From Octopus sinensis (taxonomy: Eukaryota): 28,339 nt of DNA. Location: the NCBI RefSeq assembly GCF_006345805.1, contig NW_021827528.1, forward strand, positions 1 through 28,339. Direction: 5' to 3'. Made by a program: the position numbers and the translations under genes. Numbering within the stretch: position 1 is the stretch's first letter; each line of letters opens with the position of its first letter. Shown one piece after another: positions 20,427-28,339 of this stretch. Below the pieces are notes generated by a model, which saw only the letters and a program-made list of their open reading frames with translations, did no database searches and had not been told where the DNA came from.

Positions 20427-21307
20427 CCGTAAATACTCGCGGATAGATCGCTCAATTTTTTACCAAAAAATTCAATAAAAATCAGGGGTGCAAACTTTCT
20501 ACTCGACATCACATGGATCTGAAGAAGACAGCGGCGTGTCAGTAGTCCAGGCGCGTACCCTGGGCCTGGGCTTTTCAGTTTTCAATTTTTCTAGACGCTT
20601 TCTTATCAAATTGAAATTTATCGATTTCTTTTTGTTGAGTTGATGAGAGTGGCTGTGTGGTAAGTAGCTTTTTTGCAAACCACATGGTTCCAAGTTTAGT
20701 TCCACTGCGTGACACCCTGGTCAAGTGTTTCTACTATAGCCTCGGGCTGACCAAAGCCTTGTCAGTGGATTTGGTAGACGGAAACTGAAAGAAGCTCGCC
20801 GTATATATGTATATGTATATATGTATGTGTGTGCATACGTTTGTGTGTCTGTGTTTGTCCCCCCAACATCGCTTGACAACCGATGCTGGTGTGTTTACGT
20901 CCCCGTAACTTAGCAGTTTGGTAAAATAGACCGATAGAATAATTACTAGGCTTACAAAGAATAAGTTCTGGGGTCAATTTACTCGACTAAATGCGGTGCT
21001 TCAGCATGACCACAGTCCAATGACTGAAACAAGTAAAAGAGTAAAAGAGAGTAAAGAGATAACAGTTAGACTATTTTTACAAAGTCACTTCCGCAAAAAC
21101 GTTTTAATATTTGTGAGCAAAGATACGAAATAAAGATGAATACTTGATAATATTTGACAAATATTAGTTATATTTATGTTAAAAAGGACCATGTAACTCC
21201 CTAGATTATAACGCGACCTATCCGCAAATCAACGGCCTAATACCTACTTTGACAATCCCAAACTTGCGACTTATCCACTGTTGCAACCTATCCGCGAATA
21301 TATATGG
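20427..21307. mobile_element. pogo/Tc2-like non-autonomous DNA transposon hosting a family A SINE
   Basis: TA|ccgtaaatactcgcggatagatcgc versus gcaacctatccgcgaatatatatgg|TA (imperfect 25-bp TIRs). Three subterminal gcRacYtatccRc repeats at 21213-21295. Confidence 0.7.
20646..21059 (+). mobile_element. SINE family A, near full length
   Basis: All modules present. Confidence 0.9.
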
Positions 21308-21529
21308 TAATCTATTCGTATCTAACCAGATAACTACATCCGGGAGATAATGTACCATTGTATATACTTCAGCCCTTTTTGAGATTAGCACGTTTATGGC
21401 ACATTCTACATTCCCGTTAGTTTTAAAGATAGTAGGATTTTCCTGATAACTAGTGGGTTCACTATAGGGTCTTTTTCTGTAATGTGAGTGGATATGCGTG
21501 GTTTGGACATTCCGTTGATGGCCATGTTA

Positions 21530-21652
21530 TCATCATCGCCACGTCGTCATCATTACTATCACCACCACCACCACCTCCAATACCATCATCATCGTCGTCG
21601 CTGTCATCATCATCAGCATCATCGTCATCATCATCATCATTGTCATCATCAT

Positions 21653-21691
<39 letters not shown>

Positions 21692-21760
21692 GTCATACCG
21701 TTGTACCATACCCCGTGTTCTCTGTGTGGATGTATGTGTGTGGGTGTGTGTGAAGGACAG

Positions 21761-21819
<59 letters not shown>

Positions 21820-21845
21820 AAGAAAGAAAGAAAGAAAGAAAGAAC
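21530..21845. repeat. (CAT/CAC/CGT)n tract followed by (GATA)n(GA)n(GAAA)n
   Basis: Direct inspection. Confidence 0.9.
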
Positions 21846-21955
21846 AAGCGAAAGAGTGAGTGGGTAGCGGAACTTACAGAACAATAACATAAGTCAGTTG
21901 ATCAATTCCTCCATGTTTTTCCTTGCCTTCCTTGGTTGAGTCATTTTATGTCCCT

Positions 21956-22264
21956 GTTGTTTGTTTGTTCCTTCTCAAGCCATGCCTGGCTCATAAGGGC
22001 CGATTTTCCGGTTTCCTTGGCATATAGGTTCCCCACCTGGGCGGCACGCCGGTCCGTTGCAGGTGAGTTGCAAGATACAGGAGGAAAGAGTGAGAGAAAG
22101 TTGTGGTGAAAGAGTCCGCAGAAGTTCGCCATTACCTTCTGCCGGAGCCGCGTAAAGCTTACGTGTTTCGCTCATAAACACACACATTGCCTGGTCTGAG
22201 ATTCGAACCCGCGATCCCTCGACCGCGTGTCCGCTGCTCTAACCACTAGACCATGTGCCTCCAC
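21956..22264 (-). mobile_element. tRNA-derived SINE family D, apparently full length
   Basis: Reverse complement head gtggaggcacatggtctagtggttagagcagcggacacgcggtcgagggatcgcgggttcgaatctc has good A and B boxes; (ACAA)n tail. Confidence 0.82.
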
Positions 22265-22289
22265 TTCTGTCCTTCTAAATTTCATATAA

Positions 22290-22348
22290 TCTTAAGTGGT
22301 GGTGTGTGTGTGTGTGTGCGTGTGTGTTTGTATGAAGATATATATGTA

Positions 22349-22399
<51 letters not shown>

Positions 22400-22789
22400 A
22401 TATACATACACACACACATATATATATATATAACATATATATATATACACACACACACATATATAATATATATATATATATATATATAATATATATATAT
22501 ATCTATATATATATACATATATATATATGTGTGTGTGTACGCGATAGAGTCACTATATTCCCTTCCATATCAGCTAACCTCTGATAAGCGTAAGGGTATA
22601 TAATCGGATTGTTACCCGATATTCCATTGTATTCTTGCGCAAAACCGATTGGGAAGATCAGCCGTGATGGAGATATTGATACTATATATTTCAGATAATA
22701 TACGTGTGTGCGCGTACATATACATATATGTAGATATATATGTGTATACACACACACACAGACACACCACACACCACACATATATACAC

Positions 22790-22835
<46 letters not shown>

Positions 22836-22862
22836 ATATATATATATATATATGAGGTATAC

Positions 22863-22890
<28 letters not shown>
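22290..22890. repeat. Two compound (TA)/(CA) microsatellites flanking a unique island (22540-22700)
   Basis: Direct inspection. Confidence 0.85.
22566..22670 (+). ncRNA. Decayed hammerhead-like motif
   Basis: cct-CTGATAA-gcgtaagggtata...tgtattcttgcgc-AAAAC-cg-ATT-ggg: 13-bp stem II, but three G-to-A changes in conserved positions. Confidence 0.35.
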
Positions 22891-22893
<3 letters not shown>

Positions 22894-22953
22894 TCGCCAT
22901 GATAGATCGGTGGGCCACTACACACATTTTTTTCTCTCCTTGTTTCTTTGTAT

Positions 22954-22995
22954 GTTCCTTTCTGTAGAAGAGCGTAGGCTCGAAACGTTAAAGAC
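22954..22995 (+). ncRNA. Minimal hammerhead-like variant
   Basis: cttt-CTGTAGA-a-gagc gtag gctc-GAAAC-GTT-aaag; core is non-canonical (U at position 6). Confidence 0.35.
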
Positions 22996-23612
22996 TTTTT
23001 CAATTCCCGAGCATTATACTAATACATCTGTTTGTTTTCTACACCACCTGTCCTCGTCTTTTGTTTTTTTCGTGTATTCTTCCCTATATATCTATAAGAG
23101 AAAAAAATCTATCAGAAAGGAACTCTATCTCTCTTAAAAAATATCTTTTGATAAGCATATCAAATGCGCAACCGGTAAAAAGAACTTTCACCTAATTAAA
23201 TACACTCTCCCTTACTTAAATTATCTTGTCAGCATTTTCTTCATTTCCTTTTTTTATATCTATCTATCTATATATATATATATACACACAGTCGAAATGG
23301 AATGCTGTCAGTGCCCAACAATTTTGCCGTTGAAAATTCGGCATTTATTTTTAATCGTATTAAACTCCAACCGTTACGTGATCACACAAGGCTTTCTGCG
23401 GTCTAACGTACAATAAAGAACAAATAAGGGAACCTTTTGCTCTTCTCCTTTCAATATCGATATATAAGAATCGTTCCGTTTTAACTATGTATGCTGCACT
23501 GATGAGGTGCATCTATGGATTGCATCTGAAGCGCGACATCTTATGTTACTGAATGCTGAAACATATGCAACAGATGAAGTAAAGGTGTACTGACTTCAGA
23601 AGCATGTTGTCT

Positions 23613-23648
<36 letters not shown>

Positions 23649-23705
23649 TATCTATCTATCTATCTATCTCTCTCTCAATCTATTTCTCTATATATATAGA
23701 TATAG

Positions 23706-23745
<40 letters not shown>

Positions 23746-23959
23746 CATAATATATATATATATATACATACACATATAGATACACACATATAGATATACA
23801 CACACACAGCTATACAATACATACGCACATACATCTATATATATATTTATGCCTGTGTATGTGCATCGATCCGTCTATACTCACAAACACGCATGTATGG
23901 ACTTAATATAATTTACTAAAATTAGTAAAAGATTAAGAAAGTATATATACGTGCGTATA

Positions 23960-23990
<31 letters not shown>

Positions 23991-24119
23991 AACACACATA
24001 CACGCACACTTATACGCATATATATGTATGTATATAGCTACATATATATGTTTATTTGTATGCATATACGTATGTAAATATACATAATATAATATATATA
24101 GCATAGTTGGATAAATAGA

Positions 24120-24260
<141 letters not shown>

Positions 24261-24960
24261 ATAATAACCAAAGTGTTTTATGAATAGCCAAGCCTTGTCC
24301 ATATCATATCGGTGGTCGTCTGCTTTCTTGTTTATCACAATTCTAATGAACTTAATTACCATAGCTCGCTGCTAAATTATCTCTAATGACATCTATCACC
24401 ATGCTTCTACAAATTCCTTCTTTCACTCATTCTCTTTTTCTCTCACCCTCCATTTCTTTTTCTATTCTTATCTCTTTCGATTTTCTTGGCATTTCCTTTT
24501 TTGCTGTTACTTTTTGTCGTCAGATTTGCATTGAGTCCCCACTACCACCACAACCTTTTCTTTTCTTCCTCAGTCTTCCAGATTGGAATTTGTCGTCTTG
24601 ATTGCTTTGCTTTTTTTTATATTCTTTCTGAAATGTTTTCATTTATCTCCCCACTATCTTTATTCATACTCCTTCATCTTTCATTCAATAAGCTGTTCTT
24701 ATTCTTTCTCGAAATTTCGCCTTTCTTTTTTCCATTATTTTTCTTCGATTTTTAAAAAAAATGTTTTACGTAATTTTTGTCATTTCGTTCTGTATATAAT
24801 CTTCCATTCATTTTCTAGTTTCTTCTTAATTTATGTTCTTCAATTTTCTCTGTCTTTCGATTTGTCTTTCTTTTTTTTTTTATATATATATTTCCTCTTT
24901 ACTTTCTATCCAATATTTTATAACTTTCAATTCAAATAAATTCAGTCTATTCACATATCG

Positions 24961-25237
24961 GCTGCCAAGGGAGCTGGATCTTCTGCTTTTCTGCAAATTT
25001 CTTACACCTCATAGCGTGTCTTATATCTCCTTAAGTTTCCCTTGCATTGAATATTGCTGTCATCTTTGGGATGGTTCCTCTTCCGAATGTCTTAACTTGC
25101 CCGATCTAATTCAGATTCGAGTAGAAAGAAGAGGACTTCTTTTTTCTGCTAGGCTGATGTATTTGCCTCATCATCAAAGTATGTCTTCGTGGTGCCTTTT
25201 CTTTAAGTACTCCCATGGTAATTTAACCCAAGATTAC
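24961..25237 (+). mobile_element. Non-LTR retrotransposon fragment (region C-terminal to RT; CR1/L2/Jockey group)
   Basis: IEYCCHLWDGSSSECLNLPDLIQIRVERR...LMYLPHHQSMSSWCLFFKYSHGNLTQD resembles MEYCSHxWGGS...LxLLDRIQxRA...LxSLxHRRxVxxLxLFYRYxHG. Confidence 0.7.
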
Positions 25238-25289
25238 TTCTTTGCATTTATAGCAGTTATTCTTATTTTTAACCCATTTTCTTTCATTC

Positions 25290-26430
25290 CTCCGCTATAT
25301 ACGTCATTTATTACATTTGCATACGTTATTTGTAAATTTCGTTCTTTCATTCTTCTCTCTGTTGTTCATTCATAAAGCGGTTTACTTTTACGTTATATTT
25401 TTCTATTCATTCATTCATTCATTCATTCATTCGTTCATTCATTCATTCATTCATTCATTCATTCATTCATTCATTCATACTTTCAGTTATTCATCACTTT
25501 TCGTTCATTGATAAATTATTTTATTCGATTTCATTCCTCCAAACTAGATGTTTATCTTTACAATTTTCAATCACTCTTTTTACGAATCTCTTTCAGCATT
25601 GTGAATAATTTTTCTTTTTCTTTCATTTATGTCATTTTATTATTCATGCCTTTACCGTTTCATTCGTTCATCGTTTTCCTCCGTATTTTCATTCACTTTT
25701 TGAAATAATTCATTCTTATATTCTTTCATTCTTTATTTTCTTCGATCTGTCTTGCCTACTTTTTATTATATTTTCGTTGATTAATTAATTTATTCATTCC
25801 ATTATCTGATTCATTCTTTAAATATTTCAATGATTATCTTATTCCTCTCATTCGTTGATTAAATTCATTCATGCGCACTTTTAATCATACCATTCTTTAA
25901 TTACTTAATTCAGCCAAACTTTATTTGTACTTTTAATTGTACTTGTACTTCATTAATTTACCTCATTCATACCCGCCCCATTGCCTTCTTATTTCATATA
26001 TTATTAATCTTATTCATTCACGCAAGTTTTTCATTCATTACAATTCCGTATATTCTCTCATTAAAATTCATTCATTTTCTTCACAGTAAATTTCAAAATT
26101 CTCTTTCTTTTTCATATTTTATTGATTTCAGTCGCAATTCATTATCTTTATTTCATTTAATACATTTTCTCATTATCCGTTTTTTTTTCAATTAATAATT
26201 CATTAATTTCTTTCATTAATTTCTTTCATTTCTTCCTCAGTACATTTTATTGATAATTCCTTCCTTTATAGTGTTTGATTAAATACAATTTTCCTATAAT
26301 TCATTTATTCTTTATACTAATTCATTGAATTTTTTTCTTCATTCAGTCATTTATAAATTCATTCATTTGTTCGTTTATTTTTCATTCCTTCGACTCATTT
26401 CATACTAAATTTCATTCATTAATATTTCTT
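25290..26430. repeat. Low-complexity T-rich region built from decayed (TTCA)n
   Basis: Pure (ATTC)n at about 25405-25478 and scattered ttcatt throughout. Confidence 0.75.
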
Positions 26431-26438
26431 TCGCCCAA

Positions 26439-26644
26439 GGCTGCGAGCTGGGGGGTCGTTAGCATGGCGGGCAAAATGGTTAGCGGCATTTCAACCGCCC
26501 TTAGGTTCTGAGTTCAAATTCAATCGAGGTTGATTTTGCCTTTCATCCCTTTGTGGTCGAGAAAATAAGTACCATTTGAATACTTGTCTTCTTCTCCGAC
26601 TTGCCGGCCTTGTGCCAAAATATGAAACCATTATTATTATTATT
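26439..26644 (+). mobile_element. SINE family B monomer (diverged) with (ATT)n tail
   Basis: ggctgcgagctgg...gttctgagttcaaatt...gcctttcatccctttgtggtcgag...ggccttgtgccaaaatatgaaaccattattatt. Confidence 0.85.
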
Positions 26645-27191
26645 GAGTGAGAGAGCAGTTCATGCCATCAAAGTGACACTGGGGTAAAATATACGAAGCC
26701 CAGTATACCCATCATGACTACCCGTCTGATAAGGGTACACCAGGCACATGCATCACAACCATTTGTGTGCGACATGGTGATCTCATATCAAGATAAACAG
26801 CGCATAACCTTGCAAATGGGGCCTAGTTAGAATTTTCTTCTGGTCGAGTAGCCCATCCCGCTCAAAAGGTCCCTGAATAAGGATTGTTTAAGGATGTTGA
26901 ACGAAACACCCATGTTTCCAAATGTGAATTATCCAAACCTCCAATAATCCCTCTCGATGCATGGCTATGATGCTCCCTAACTACTTTTGCTCATGATCAG
27001 AGATGCACATATCGTCAGCCACTAAAGGACATGGTCAACTGGTAATGGTCAAACAACTGACAAGCAAACCTGTGGTATTGAGCAGAATATTTGCTGTAGA
27101 CCATCTTTTATACCAAGACAAATCAATGTACATGATAACACTTCCAATCAGAAGCCATGAGAGCCACTGCCTGGTACTGCATTAGGGCATT
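26645..27191. mobile_element. ~550-bp complex interspersed repeat embedded in (ATT)n
   Basis: High-complexity block with (ATT)n on both sides, no TIR or ORF. It resembles an abundant octopus repeat from memory, which is unverified. Confidence 0.55.
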
Positions 27192-27246
27192 CATTATCAT
27201 CATCATTATCATTATTATTATTGTTATCATTATTATTATTATTATT

Positions 27247-27278
<32 letters not shown>

Positions 27279-27298
27279 TATTATTATTATTATTATTA

Positions 27299-27349
<51 letters not shown>

Positions 27350-27405
27350 CATCCTCATTATCATCATCATTATTATTATTATTATTATTATATTATTATT
27401 ATTAT
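27192..27405. repeat. (ATT)n/(ATC)n microsatellite
   Basis: Direct inspection. Confidence 0.95.
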
Positions 27406-27770
27406 CCCTCGGTTATATCTCTCTTGTTCCCCATCCCCTAACTCTCATACTAACTCCCTCTCCTCTTCTTTCTATATGTCATTCTCCAGCCCTTCTCCAT
27501 CACTATATCTTTGTTGTCTGCTAAGTCTTTCCTTCTTCAAACTTTCTATATATATATCAATCGACGGTTCGCTCCGCATTGTAATAGTCACCATTTTACG
27601 CATATGCAATTTACGTGCACGCGCGTGCGCACAGGCACACTCTCGCACACACACATACATACACACACATACACACACATACACATACACACATACATAC
27701 ACACACACATACACACACACTTTCCCGTCGTTCGGCGAATTGTTGCCGAACAACCACATACATACTCTCC

Positions 27771-28008
27771 CTTTTTACTCTTTTACTTGTTTCAGTCATT
27801 TGACTGCGGCCATGCTGTAGCACCGCCGTTTAATCGATCAATTCGACCCCGGGACTTATTCTTTGTAAGCCCAGTACTTATTCTATCGGTCTCTTTTGCC
27901 GAACCGCTAGGTGACGGGGACGTAAACACACCAGCATCGGTTGTCAAGCAATGCTAGGGGGACAAACACAGACACACAAACACACACACACATACACACA
28001 TATATATA
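27771..28008 (-). mobile_element. SINE family A 3' half plus its internal microsatellite
   Basis: Reverse complement of the 3' module, then (CA)n(TA)n running into the foldback. Confidence 0.9.
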
Positions 28009-28324
28009 TATATATTTAGTGTAGGAAGAAATGGAGCTGAACGAAGATTTAACAAAATTCCTTTTTATTATTTTCTACATATGTTTCAAAGGCTGCAAAA
28101 CACCCTAATTCAGATTGAATAAGGAGTCCATTTTGCAGCCTTCTCTTCAGGAAAATCCAGGAACTTAATTCTCCAAACAAAATGCACATCAAGCTTTTCG
28201 ACACACGCTCGCGAGGAGCCCATGAGATAAATGGCACAAAACTGTCTCTCAATATGGGTGAACGCCGACGAGGAATTTTGTTAAATCTTCGTTCAGCTCC
28301 ATTTCTTCCTACACTAAATATATA
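28009..28324. mobile_element. Foldback Penelope-like insert with perfect 54-bp inverted arms
   Basis: 28009-28062 is the exact reverse complement of 28271-28324; the interior contains an HHR. May extend past the window edge. Confidence 0.8.
28071..28155 (-). ncRNA. Type I hammerhead ribozyme
   Basis: uuuuc-CUGAAGA-gaaggcugcaaaa...uuuugcagccuuu-GAAAC-auau-GUA-gaaaa; 13-bp stem II closed by G-U. Confidence 0.82.
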
Positions 28325-28339
28325 AACCTTCAAATTCCG

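Noticed and set aside
22190-22264. tRNA-like heads of families A-D as true tRNA genes
   Set aside because: No complete acceptor stem, and each continues into SINE body sequence.
23495-23570. CTGATGA with ggtgca/tgcatc stem and nearby GAAAC-atat
   Set aside because: No stem I pairing and the GAAA/GUH elements are broken; too degraded to call an HHR.

Overview
Repeat-dense, AT-rich eukaryotic DNA with no recognisable intact gene; almost all ORF-track entries are translated microsatellites or SINEs. The SINE families and microsatellite density suggest an octopus or other cephalopod (inference). The window holds about 16 copies or half-copies of a tRNA/CORE-type SINE with an internal microsatellite (family A) and several copies of three other tRNA-derived SINEs (B, C, D). 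It also holds truncated RTE, CR1 and other LINE fragments, decayed Tc1/mariner transposase pieces, hAT-like, pogo-like and foldback MITEs, and two TTAGGG-like interstitial tracts. The most notable hidden structure is a set of type I hammerhead ribozyme (HHR) motifs of Penelope-like/retrozyme type. Three have complete cores (234-316, 12031-12162 and 28071-28155, all minus strand), one has a core point mutation (12689-12820, plus strand), and several more are decayed. Three of the four well-formed motifs lie in palindromic inserts, and all four are near (TA)n tracts. One 1.3-kb insert splits a SINE at its internal microsatellite. Penelope-associated HHRs are known in general; these particular families and their long stem II extensions may be undescribed. 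All folds and alignments were done by eye.
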